From positions 1,356 through 65,355 of the forward strand of contig JAKORL010000179.1 of the NCBI GenBank assembly GCA_029777855.1: a stretch of DNA of 64,000 bases, read 5' to 3'. This DNA is from Pseudomonadota bacterium (GTDB taxonomy: Bacteria; Pseudomonadota; Gammaproteobacteria; JAIEPX01). The notes beneath the pieces were generated by a model. That model saw nothing but the letters and a program-made list of their open reading frames with translations, was not told the origin of the DNA and ran no database searches. The position numbers were made by a program, and so were the translations under genes. This document shows positions 1 through 9,470 of the stretch, in pieces (the first letter of the stretch is position 1; every line of letters begins with the position of its first letter).

Positions 1-6
1 ACTGAG

Positions 7-1407
7 TTGAAAAAAATTGGCAATGAGATATCAAGTGTAATTGCTGATTTGCTAGACGATGTTCCGGAACCATTAAAAAAACGTTTTGGATATTATAATC
101 CACAGCAATGTGTTTACGATTTGTTTACTACGATGGCACTTATAGATCCAGAAAATTTCACATATGAATGTTTGAATGTTTCATGTAGAGGCGAAAAAGA
201 CGGGCAAAAAGGGCGTGTTGAATTAGATAATACAGACAAGTCGCCTGGTAATGTGCTGGTCTTGTCAACCGTTGTTGATCAAGATCGCTTCTATCGTAAT
301 TACATTGAATCTCTACGAAGCCACCCCGTGACCCGTATACAATCACCTCGCTCATCAGGTTTTTTTACGGTTAGACAATTAGAAAATAAAAATCTGACCT
401 CAATCCAATCAGACATTAAAAAGCAATTAGCTGAAAAATTAGAAGCCTTGTTGGGTGAATCAAAAAAAATCGTTTCACAGTTAGATCATATGGATTGTGG
501 GGTAGCATTGAATTTGCACACTATGCATCAAATTTTTTCTAGAATGGTTAATTTGTGTCAAGATAATAATTTTTTTGAATTAGAAGGTGTTCAGAGAAAA
601 TATCGGCGTTTTATACGTGACCTAGAGTTTGTGGCGTGTGAAAATGATCGCAATCGACAAGGGATTCTTTCTGCATTTGGTGAAAAATTTATGGTTGATC
701 TTGATGCACAATTACCCAAACTGAAAATGCACGAAACTGAATTGGTGAGTGATTACGATAAGGTACAAAAATTAAAAAAAGTCTGTGAATATTATTCTGA
801 AAAATCTGAGGATATTAAACTATCGACTGTGTTGTCTAAGGTTGCTCAATTATCTCAAGGTAAACCTGAGGTATATATAATCCGACCAATGCAATCGAGT
901 CATAATGTAGATGAGCTGTGGGTTGCACCATTCATTGACCGTGTGGTAGTACTGTTGACTATCGCCGGTATAAAGGTAATTACTAAAAAAACGCATGCTG
1001 CAGCTGGAACTTCCAAGGTTAAATTTTATAATCTTGCGAGAGAATCGGACTTTGTGTTGATATTTCAAACACCATTATTAAAACAGCAACATGAAAGTAA
1101 TGAATGGGACATTGCGGGAGCGCAATTTATTCATGCAATTAATAAGAAAAATCAAGAGCTCTCAAAAGACCTGCATCGTGTTATCCCTATACGTCTTTGT
1201 GGTATGGAACATGAACAACCACTATTTGGTGCCTGTATTGAAAATAGAGATTGGCCAGAGTTAGGTTTTATTCAAGGATTTATGATTATTCTGGGTGATA
1301 TCTTATTTCAGGGCAGACCAACACCTGAATTTTTGCAACTCTGGACTGAAATTGAACAAGAAGCTGATGACATGAATATTGCCCATGGTAAAACTGGACT
1401 AAAATAA
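7..1407 (+). CDS. Hypothetical protein with C-terminal SEFIR/TIR-like domain. The gene may extend upstream of the window: the first in-frame start is TTG at 7 and there is no upstream stop.
   Basis: 466-aa ORF. The C-terminal ~130 aa (EVYIIRPMQSS...DFVLIFQTPLLKQ...RVIPIRLCG) share a motif pattern with the N-termini of the two NB-ARC proteins downstream (xYxSYAWP, FVLLxGTPSLRxK, RVLPIxLIG). Confidence 0.5.
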   Translation: MKKIGNEISSVIADLLDDVPEPLKKRFGYYNPQQCVYDLFTTMALIDPENFTYECLNVSCRGEKDGQKGRVELDNTDKSPGNVLVLSTVVDQDRFYRNYIESLRSHPVTRIQSPRSSGFFTVRQLENKNLTSIQSDIKKQLAEKLEALLGESKKIVSQLDHMDCGVALNLHTMHQIFSRMVNLCQDNNFFELEGVQRKYRRFIRDLEFVACENDRNRQGILSAFGEKFMVDLDAQLPKLKMHETELVSDYDKVQKLKKVCEYYSEKSEDIKLSTVLSKVAQLSQGKPEVYIIRPMQSSHNVDELWVAPFIDRVVVLLTIAGIKVITKKTHAAAGTSKVKFYNLARESDFVLIFQTPLLKQQHESNEWDIAGAQFIHAINKKNQELSKDLHRVIPIRLCGMEHEQPLFGACIENRDWPELGFIQGFMIILGDILFQGRPTPEFLQLWTEIEQEADDMNIAHGKTGLK

Positions 1408-1545
1408 AGAGGTTTTTTGCCGATACATTTGTTACTGGACTTGAGATGAAAAAACCGTATACCCAGGTTAATCTATTCGACAAAAAACTCATTTTCAATA
1501 TCACATCATATTTTCGAATATGTTGATGTATTTGCAAAATTCGCC

Positions 1546-3402
1546 TCAAATTATGAGTATTGGATTAACACTTAATAGCTCCAGAATAGTAGGATCATTT
1601 GTAAGGTCTGCAGGCCGCTTACCATTTTTATCGAGTGTATGTGGTTGAGCTCCGGCACCCAGCAATAATCTGACACAATCAGTGTAACCTTTGACTACAG
1701 CGCGATGCAATGCAGTTTGACCGGTCGACGGTCCTGGTTGATCTATATCAGTTTTGAGAAAAATTAATAGCTTCAAACTTTCTTTATCGCAACTATTCGC
1801 GCACAATCTTGCTATCTTTGGAAGTTGAGTTTCATCTAGAATATTTTCTGAATAGCGAAGACACACAGCCTTTTTAAAAATCTCAATCAATTCAACATTA
1901 CCACTTCGAAGCAAATAGTCCATTGCGGTGCACTTTTCAATATCAATAATATCAAATTTAGCGTGGTGAGAAAGTAAACACTCGACTTGCGGTGCTCGAT
2001 TTTTTATAACAGCCAAATGTAGTGCCGTATACCCTTTTGTTTTATTTGAGTCTTGTTTATCGATATCTGAATGATGTAATACTAGTACATCTTCCAGCTC
2101 TTTTAATGTACCTAATACTGTTATTCTTCGAATTACCTGCCCCATATCTTGAGACTGTGTAGGCTCTTCATTTGAAAGTGCTGGGGTTGAGGAAAGTTTA
2201 GCTTGAATATTAGCTAGCATCTCAGTGGCTTCCATAGTTTTGGGATGTCTTGGTCCCAAAGTTGTGTTGAACGATTTTATACAATCGAGAAGAATATCAC
2301 ACGCTCTTTTTAAATTATTCAACCCTTTGTAAACATAGGCGAGCATGAATTTAGCAGAAGATATTTCAGGATGACCCTGAGGAAAAAATGATTCGATAAT
2401 TTTAAGATTTTTTTGATAATAGACTTCGGCTTGTGAATAATTTTTTTTACGTAAGTGAATATTGCCAATGCTGCGCAAGGTAGTTGCTATCTCAATATGC
2501 CCAGGTCCGTAGGCAGCCTCTTCGATGTTGAGTGTTTGTAGATAACATTCTAGTGCTTTGTCTAAGTCCCCTTGACAACTATGAACAGTACCAATACTGT
2601 AAATAACCATACCAACTTGACGACTTTGGGGTCCATAATGTTTCACTAAAATTGGCATGGCTCTATTAAATACCCCAAGAGCACGATCAAATTCTTCAAG
2701 ATTTTTATATGCATTACCTAAATTGGAAAGCACATCACCCACTTTAGCAGAATTACTGCCGTACTCTTTCTCGTATATTTGAAGAGCATGGGTCAAATGA
2801 TCTTTTGCGATATGCGGTTGATGCAGTAGTGCGGCACCTAAATTTGTTTCCACAAGTGCATATTCAACATGCTCAGTACCATAAACCCTCTTTAATATTA
2901 CCAAGGCATCTCTGAGATATTTAATTTGTAACTCAGGAAGTTTTAAATAAAAACATGTTGCAGCTAAGCTATTTAACGTTTTTGCAACTTGGGGATGATT
3001 TTCGCCGTGGGCTTTTATGAGAAGTTTTAGGGCTCGCTCGAGTATCTCCCTGGCTTCGTTAGAATGACCTAAAGTATTATAACAACTTGCAATGTTATGC
3101 AATGTAGATGCGATCTGAAAACTATCCTTCCCATATGCATGTTCTAAGATCTTTAATGCACGTGAATGCAATTCAAAGGCCTTTTTTGTCTCTCCAGATG
3201 AAAAATGTGCGTTCCCACAGTTACTCAGTTGGTAAGCAACATTTACATGAAATTTCCCAAATTTTTTTTCAAGAATATCTAAGGCTTTTTGATGAAAACG
3301 CTTTGCTAGATCATAATTGCCTAGATCAAGATGACAGCACCCTATATTTGTAAAAATGGCTTCAAACTTTCCAGGACTTTCGCCATATTTTTTTTTCTTC
3401 AC
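1546..3402 (-). CDS. TPR-repeat plus ankyrin-repeat protein. It is probably the C-terminal portion of the upstream NB-ARC-TPR gene, separated from it by a frameshift at an A9 tract.
   Basis: 617 aa with many TPR_12-type repeats (YAxxLxNLGxxYxxxGxxxxAxxxxxxAL) and C-terminal ankyrin repeats (GYTALHLAV..., GQTALHRAV...). It starts at GTG and overlaps the upstream ORF by 41 nt across a T9/A9 homopolymer. Confidence 0.6.
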   Translation of the reverse strand: MKKKKYGESPGKFEAIFTNIGCCHLDLGNYDLAKRFHQKALDILEKKFGKFHVNVAYQLSNCGNAHFSSGETKKAFELHSRALKILEHAYGKDSFQIASTLHNIASCYNTLGHSNEAREILERALKLLIKAHGENHPQVAKTLNSLAATCFYLKLPELQIKYLRDALVILKRVYGTEHVEYALVETNLGAALLHQPHIAKDHLTHALQIYEKEYGSNSAKVGDVLSNLGNAYKNLEEFDRALGVFNRAMPILVKHYGPQSRQVGMVIYSIGTVHSCQGDLDKALECYLQTLNIEEAAYGPGHIEIATTLRSIGNIHLRKKNYSQAEVYYQKNLKIIESFFPQGHPEISSAKFMLAYVYKGLNNLKRACDILLDCIKSFNTTLGPRHPKTMEATEMLANIQAKLSSTPALSNEEPTQSQDMGQVIRRITVLGTLKELEDVLVLHHSDIDKQDSNKTKGYTALHLAVIKNRAPQVECLLSHHAKFDIIDIEKCTAMDYLLRSGNVELIEIFKKAVCLRYSENILDETQLPKIARLCANSCDKESLKLLIFLKTDIDQPGPSTGQTALHRAVVKGYTDCVRLLLGAGAQPHTLDKNGKRPADLTNDPTILELLSVNPILII

Positions 3403-6400
3403 TTTTCAGTAGTTTCTCCAGAATATCTAGCGCCTTACCAGGTTCAGCTAAACTCAAATAGTTATTCGCTAGAGCAAAATTAATTTCAGTAATATTGTGC
3501 TGATTTTCTGCTTTGGAAGCCTCTATAGTTTTGTAGGTATTAATAAGCAATTTTTTGGCACGTTCAATGTCTCCAAGAGAGTTATAAGTGTCGGCAAGGC
3601 GGATAGCCGTTTTGATCACAGTTGTATTACTCTCACCAAAGGCTAATTTTTGTATTCCCAAAACCCTTTCATATCTTTCTTTTGCTTTTTCAAATTCACC
3701 GATATCTTCGCTGACATTAGCAAGAAGGAATAATGCTTCCGTAACTTTAATATGATGCGGCCCATATTTTTTTTCTACAAGCTCGAGAGCTAACAACAAT
3801 TGTTTTTCAGCGTCGTTATATTCACCGAGATCTGAAAGTGTTTCACCTAATTTGTGTAATAGCTCTAGACGTTTTGGGCTGTCAATGGTCAGCAGGGATT
3901 TACTAGATTCTATCGCACTATTGATATATTTTTTTGCAGAAAGAGAGTCTCCATCCTCTATAGCCAGAGAGGACAAATTAAGCTCATTATATATAACAGA
4001 TAAGTGAGCTTTGCCATAAAATTTGAGATTGATTCTATAGGATTCCTCTATTAAAGATTTAGCTAATTTCAGCTTGCCTAGTTTGAGAAAAGCACCGCCG
4101 AGCCCATTAAGTGTACTTGCAACCAATGGATGCTCTTCGCCATAAGTAGCTTTTTTAATTGCTAGAGCGCGTTCTAGAAAACGTATTCCTGTTAGTAAGT
4201 CATTTTGCTGACAATAAACATTTCCTAAATTATTGAGTATGTTAACAATTTGAATATTATCATCTCCGTAGAGTATTTCGGCCATTCTTAGTGCTTCTTC
4301 TAGAAAGTGTTTTGCTGCCTCTAGTTGACCGCCTACTCTATTGAGCGATCCTAGTGTACATAATACGGTACAAATACTAGATGGGGGGGTATCGGATTGA
4401 TTCTTGAATAGTTGATATGCGGTATTTAATAATTCTGTTGCTCTGTCATAATCATCGACATTCATGCAACTCAAGGACATATTATGTAGAATTTCGGCTT
4501 TTACAGGTAGTAGTGTGTCATCCGAGTTTATTATAGGGAGGATGCTTTCATACAGGCTGAGTTCCTTTAGGCTTTCTCCTAGTAGACTGTAAGTTGAAGC
4601 TAACATCACTTTTAAAGGTACTAAGAAATGAATTTTGATATCATTTTGATCCTTGCCATATTTCTCAAACAAACGAATACATTCTTGAAGATGAGGAAGA
4701 AGCCTTTTTTTTCTTGTCTCATTACGCAGTGGATTCTCAGTATAGAAAAAATGATGCATGATAACTATTCTTATGGCTTTTAAATAATCAACAGATTGAT
4801 CGATACTGTCAGATGCTCTTAAGATCTCTCTGATTAAATTATGGACCTCGATATGGTTTTCGATGGACGCGTTTTTAAGAAGGCCATAACGTCTTAATTC
4901 TCTTATTGCTTTGTCGCCAGAGAATGGATCTTGTGTAAAACAGTATAGCATCATCACATCAATAGGAACTTCAGAAGCGAGATAAGCACAAGCGTGGAAT
5001 ACTTGTTTGCAAGTATCACCTTTCAGTTTAGACAATGCTAACTGCACAGTGGTCCATACAGTTACTTGATGTGATGTAAAATCAGAGTGGGCGCTTTTTT
5101 CTTTAACATAAGGATCATTTATTGAAGGTATATCCAGTAAGCTTTGCTTTTTAACGTCGAATTCACAAATAAAATCTTTTATGCTTAGCGCATTTTCACA
5201 TATGTACGACAGAGCTTGTGTCAATGCCAATGGAAAGCGCCCTAATATCTCGACTAAGTTAACGATATTATCGTCCTCATCAAACAAAGACCCGTTTCTT
5301 TTTAAAAATTTTCGTGCATAAGCGACAGCATCTTCTAGTGTAAATACAGATAATATCACGGGATCAAATTCCGTAGGCCAATCATTTTGATTTGAGTTTC
5401 TTGTAGTGATTAATATATGAAAAGCTTTGTCATTTGGCAAAAATGGTGTAATGGGTTTTATTTTAAGAACATTATCAAACACTACTAAACACTTTCCGTC
5501 CCTTTGAGCGAGCTTCTTGTATACCTGTTGGTATAGATCATCACCTGTAAAGATCTCAGTATCAATTCTAAGTTGTTTGGCAAGTGTTGAAAATTGAATA
5601 GCTAACAAACCTGTTGAATTATGAAAATCATCGGTCCCGGCGTGGAACCATATGACACTACTATAACCAGATTGAGATGTAATTTGATTAATTGCTCGTT
5701 GACGATTTGCAAACATAGAAGCTAATACTGTTTTTCCCACGCCACCACTGCCACTGATATTTTTTCCTTGGCTGATAACTACCATGCTTTGATTTTCGAA
5801 TTTAGATAGTTTATTTAACTCAGCTTCTCGACCAGTAAAATCTTCAAATGGAAGTGGTAATTGAAAGCTACCATTAAAGCTTTCATTTTGAGAAACGGGT
5901 GAACTTTCAGATTGATTACTTAACTTGAGGTACAAAATCTCGTTTGATCGTTGCGTCTTGACATGTTTGTAAGATGTTAATTGCTCCAATTGACTTTGTT
6001 GTTCGGCAAAGTAGAGAGCTATCCTACTTTTATCCGGTGATCCAAGGGTACTTGGGTTGATAGAGTATCTCTTTAGATGTTCTGATTCAGATTCCCAGCA
6101 TTCCTCATATTCCTCCATACTAATGGCAGCAGAAAGTAATTGTGATAGGATACGTTTGAGTTGAAAGATGTAACTGTCATCTCTCCAGTCCCCTGCTACG
6201 GTAAATTCTTGTTGATACGCTGAAAATGTATCCAAGGGTGTGCCAATCAAGCGAAAAGGAATTACTTGCTGAAGAACTTGGTGTTGTGAAAGTTTATCTA
6301 TTCTCCAATAGGGATCTGATAATTTATCACGTAAAGAAGGTGTACCAGTCAGCAAGACAAATTGACATTTATCAGCCTCATTTGTGAAATCGGTTATGAG

Positions 6401-7078
6401 TTGATTTTCGTTATCTAATATATCAATTACGGAATGAATACCCGCGCTTCTTAGGTGTTGATGCACTTGAGATAAAAAAGCTTGAATATTTGATTCTTGT
6501 AATCTGAATCGTGGACTTGGCCAAGCATAGCTTAAATAACATGAAATTCTTATGTCATTTTTCTCTAAATGTTTTTTTATCTTAGATAATATAGTCCTTA
6601 ATGCTCCGTTGGCTAAGTCGTCACTCATGAATAGCACAAATTGGTGCATAAATTGGTCAGTTTTTTTCTGGTATTCCTCAAATCTTAAACTTCCGAAAGT
6701 AATCTGCTCATCGACTGGAATTAAACAATGATGAATTTTTTCACTAAGAGTCCTTGTTAGTTCTTCATGAATATCAGAAGAAAGACCATCTATCTCTCCA
6801 ATCGTTGCAATAAACCTGTTGGCCTGCTCAAGTTGATTACGCAAGGTAATAAAGTCGATTTGATCACTAAAAGAGCTTTTTGTGGTATTCAGTATATTAA
6901 GTATATATTGTAAATGAATGTTAATTTCTAAGTAGCAAGTCTTGTTAGAATGGCTGAATGATTTTTGGTATTCTTTGATTTCAGCAACGACCTCTATCAA
7001 CCGTTTATTAGCTTCCGCAGAATTTTTTTCATATAAACTCTGGACTTCAATTTCATGATATGAAACAGTCGATTTCAT
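3362..7078 (-). CDS. STAND NTPase: SEFIR/TIR-like N-terminal domain, NB-ARC ATPase, C-terminal TPR repeats
   Basis: 1238 aa. Motifs: P-loop SGSGGVGKT, Walker B CLVVFDNV, hhhhTTR (ILITTRN), GxP-like GRFPLALTQAL, then many kinesin-light-chain-type TPRs. The N-terminus carries CYLSYAWPS...FVLLTGTPSLRDK...QVIPFRLIG. Confidence 0.7.
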   Translation of the reverse strand: MKSTVSYHEIEVQSLYEKNSAEANKRLIEVVAEIKEYQKSFSHSNKTCYLEINIHLQYILNILNTTKSSFSDQIDFITLRNQLEQANRFIATIGEIDGLSSDIHEELTRTLSEKIHHCLIPVDEQITFGSLRFEEYQKKTDQFMHQFVLFMSDDLANGALRTILSKIKKHLEKNDIRISCYLSYAWPSPRFRLQESNIQAFLSQVHQHLRSAGIHSVIDILDNENQLITDFTNEADKCQFVLLTGTPSLRDKLSDPYWRIDKLSQHQVLQQVIPFRLIGTPLDTFSAYQQEFTVAGDWRDDSYIFQLKRILSQLLSAAISMEEYEECWESESEHLKRYSINPSTLGSPDKSRIALYFAEQQSQLEQLTSYKHVKTQRSNEILYLKLSNQSESSPVSQNESFNGSFQLPLPFEDFTGREAELNKLSKFENQSMVVISQGKNISGSGGVGKTVLASMFANRQRAINQITSQSGYSSVIWFHAGTDDFHNSTGLLAIQFSTLAKQLRIDTEIFTGDDLYQQVYKKLAQRDGKCLVVFDNVLKIKPITPFLPNDKAFHILITTRNSNQNDWPTEFDPVILSVFTLEDAVAYARKFLKRNGSLFDEDDNIVNLVEILGRFPLALTQALSYICENALSIKDFICEFDVKKQSLLDIPSINDPYVKEKSAHSDFTSHQVTVWTTVQLALSKLKGDTCKQVFHACAYLASEVPIDVMMLYCFTQDPFSGDKAIRELRRYGLLKNASIENHIEVHNLIREILRASDSIDQSVDYLKAIRIVIMHHFFYTENPLRNETRKKRLLPHLQECIRLFEKYGKDQNDIKIHFLVPLKVMLASTYSLLGESLKELSLYESILPIINSDDTLLPVKAEILHNMSLSCMNVDDYDRATELLNTAYQLFKNQSDTPPSSICTVLCTLGSLNRVGGQLEAAKHFLEEALRMAEILYGDDNIQIVNILNNLGNVYCQQNDLLTGIRFLERALAIKKATYGEEHPLVASTLNGLGGAFLKLGKLKLAKSLIEESYRINLKFYGKAHLSVIYNELNLSSLAIEDGDSLSAKKYINSAIESSKSLLTIDSPKRLELLHKLGETLSDLGEYNDAEKQLLLALELVEKKYGPHHIKVTEALFLLANVSEDIGEFEKAKERYERVLGIQKLAFGESNTTVIKTAIRLADTYNSLGDIERAKKLLINTYKTIEASKAENQHNITEINFALANNYLSLAEPGKALDILEKLLKSEEKKIWRKSWKV

Positions 7079-7155
7079 TTTCCGTTCCCCCTATTAATGC
7101 CAGTTTCTCTAAGTGCAATGAGTGCGCATGTTAATTAAAAATACCTCAATCAGCA

Positions 7156-9291
7156 TTATTTATTCAAATTTTCCGGTTGAGCGCATGATTCTGAGGTTAT
7201 CGCATACGCATGATTATGTCTCTTTTCGCTCGAAGATACGTGAAAACCTTGTTGGGTCATCAAAGTACCTTGCGCTGATTCAGCGTGTTTAATTTGTAAA
7301 TACCTGTCTGCAAAGGTTTTCGCAATAGGGAGATGGCTTTGTTGCGATGTTTCACAAAATAGTTGATAAAAGACAATTTTTAAGACCCTATTTATAGAGA
7401 TTGTCTCCGTTTTGCAGGATGCCACAACGATGCCAGACTTTAATAATTCAGTTAACTGTTCTTGGATTGGCTCATTGGGTAGTGATTTTCTTAATATCGT
7501 TAAATCGAGCGTTTCAAAGTTTGGAATTAATATACAAACTGATAATAGTGTTTTTGCTTGTGGTGACAGTCTGGAGAATATGGATTTAAGTACGCCATGT
7601 AAAGTGGCGCTTATAGGTTGATATAATTCATGTTCGTTGTTTTTTTCTAATTTATAGGGGTCATTTGAAAATAGTTTTGTTGAATATATCTTGTCTGGTG
7701 AATTGGTTAAGAGTGAGAGATACGAAGGAATTGTTTTGTTATTGTTCAGTATATAAGCAAGTGCTTGTGATAGCATCAGTGGATATCGTCCACATGTAGT
7801 GGCTAATTCTTTAATATCATGAGTCGAATATTGAGATTGGGGTTTTTTATTTTCTAGGAAACTACTGATATATCTAACCGCAGTCTCAAGTAAGAAATTA
7901 TCTAATAATAATAGATCAAATTGCTCACGCCATTCTGCTGATAAAGAATTTCGCGTCGTTAACAGTACGCTAAAACATTCATTATTGGGTGGCATAAAGG
8001 GCGATAGTTGTGATGGGCCATGAACATTGTCGAATACGATTAGGCATTTTCCGCGAAAGCCTAATTTTTCGTAAACGTATTGATAGACTTCATTATCACT
8101 TGTTGCGCGTACAGTATCCATTTCGAGTGAATTGGCGAGTTTGATAAATTGGCGCCGCAACAACTTTGGAGTATCTTCAGGATTTTCAGAGCCAGCTAAC
8201 ATCCAAATTACGTTTTTAAAATTTTTACTGGCTTCAGTCAGGTCTTCGTCCGTAATCATTTTTAGGTACATAGCAACGAGTTGAGTTTTTCCTATGCCCG
8301 GGAACCCTGTGATGCATACCCCCAATTTTTTATTTTGCAACGTGTTATTTAGCATGGTGTCAATTTGAGAAAGCTCAATCTGCCTACCAGTAAAAAAGTG
8401 ACTGACACGAGGTAGTTGAAAACTCCCATGAAAAGCAACATGTGTTGGTGGTAATCCTTGTCTTTCTTTCAGTAAAATTTTGCGGCAAACAGACTCCAGA
8501 TGCCTCTCTTTGTGTAGATATGACAATCTTGCGTCAGTACAGTTGATACTAATGCATTGTTTAAAAAACAGTTTTACTTTGGGTATGTGGTCTTCTAATT
8601 TCTCGGGCGTTAGTGAATGAGGGAATTGTTCCTTAAACGATGACCATAACTTGTTATACTCATGGCTGGGGTGTTTTTGAAAATAAATATCGCTTAATAA
8701 ATTTTGTAGTTGTGCAAGGTACTCTCCAGCGCACCAATCAATAACTTCTATATTCTCGAAAATGGATATAAAACTGTCGACTATTGCACCTATTAATATG
8801 ATGGGTAAAACTCGGTGTTGAGATGTAAGAGTATCTCGATGCTGTTTAGAAATAGTATTTGCCATAACTATTTTTTCAGGATTCCAATAGGGATCCTCAT
8901 GTTTTGAACGTAGTGAAGGTGTGCCAAACAGTAGGACAAAGTCAGTATCATTTGCCATAGAAGAAAAAGAGTAAATATCGTCGGTATCACGGTAGTTAAT
9001 AAGATCTAAAATTGGGTATATGCCAGCAAGTTTTAAATGAGCGTGGAGATTAATTAAGAATGGTTGCACCAATGATTCAGTTTCAGAATTACTCTCTATT
9101 GGCCAAGCATAGCTCATGTAACATCTGTAACCAGGTTTAGGAACGCCTTTTAGACGAGCGATATTTATCAGTAGCTCCTCAAAAGAGGATTTCATTTTCT
9201 CATTCATCATGAGACAAGCTTGTTGATACATCGTAATCGATATGTCAGAGAACTTTATATTCATGGCAATGACTCCTTGATATAACTTCAA
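7156..9291 (-). CDS. STAND NTPase: SEFIR/TIR-like N-terminal domain plus NB-ARC ATPase, with no C-terminal repeats. Paralog of 3362..7078.
   Basis: 711 aa. Motifs: P-loop GFPGIGKTQL, Walker B CLIVFDNV, VLLTTRN, GRYPLMLSQALAYI. The N-terminus carries YRCYMSYAWPIE...FVLLFGTPSLRSKHEDPYW...RVLPIILIG. Confidence 0.7.
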   Translation of the reverse strand: MKLYQGVIAMNIKFSDISITMYQQACLMMNEKMKSSFEELLINIARLKGVPKPGYRCYMSYAWPIESNSETESLVQPFLINLHAHLKLAGIYPILDLINYRDTDDIYSFSSMANDTDFVLLFGTPSLRSKHEDPYWNPEKIVMANTISKQHRDTLTSQHRVLPIILIGAIVDSFISIFENIEVIDWCAGEYLAQLQNLLSDIYFQKHPSHEYNKLWSSFKEQFPHSLTPEKLEDHIPKVKLFFKQCISINCTDARLSYLHKERHLESVCRKILLKERQGLPPTHVAFHGSFQLPRVSHFFTGRQIELSQIDTMLNNTLQNKKLGVCITGFPGIGKTQLVAMYLKMITDEDLTEASKNFKNVIWMLAGSENPEDTPKLLRRQFIKLANSLEMDTVRATSDNEVYQYVYEKLGFRGKCLIVFDNVHGPSQLSPFMPPNNECFSVLLTTRNSLSAEWREQFDLLLLDNFLLETAVRYISSFLENKKPQSQYSTHDIKELATTCGRYPLMLSQALAYILNNNKTIPSYLSLLTNSPDKIYSTKLFSNDPYKLEKNNEHELYQPISATLHGVLKSIFSRLSPQAKTLLSVCILIPNFETLDLTILRKSLPNEPIQEQLTELLKSGIVVASCKTETISINRVLKIVFYQLFCETSQQSHLPIAKTFADRYLQIKHAESAQGTLMTQQGFHVSSSEKRHNHAYAITSESCAQPENLNK

Positions 9292-9470
9292 ATTCCCGGG
9301 CCGAATATCTGTGTTAAAATTTCAACATATAGTTAGCATCTTATGCAAGTTACTTGCTATTATGAAAATAGTCAAATTACTTTTCTTGTGGGCATATATG
9401 TGGTATGTAATTATCATGCTTGTATATAATTTTGGGTAATCAATGGATTTTTGATAAGAAGGTAGAGAAA

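Noticed and set aside
158-1068. Short minus-strand ORFs inside the first gene. Similar shadow ORFs occur at 14847..15137, 24181..24393, 26541..27086, 31394..31717, 40417..40757, 45431..45844, 53658..53921, 56807..57623 and 59971..60752.
   Set aside because: They are fully embedded in longer ORFs that carry recognisable domains, and they lack motifs or RBS. These are typical antisense shadow ORFs.
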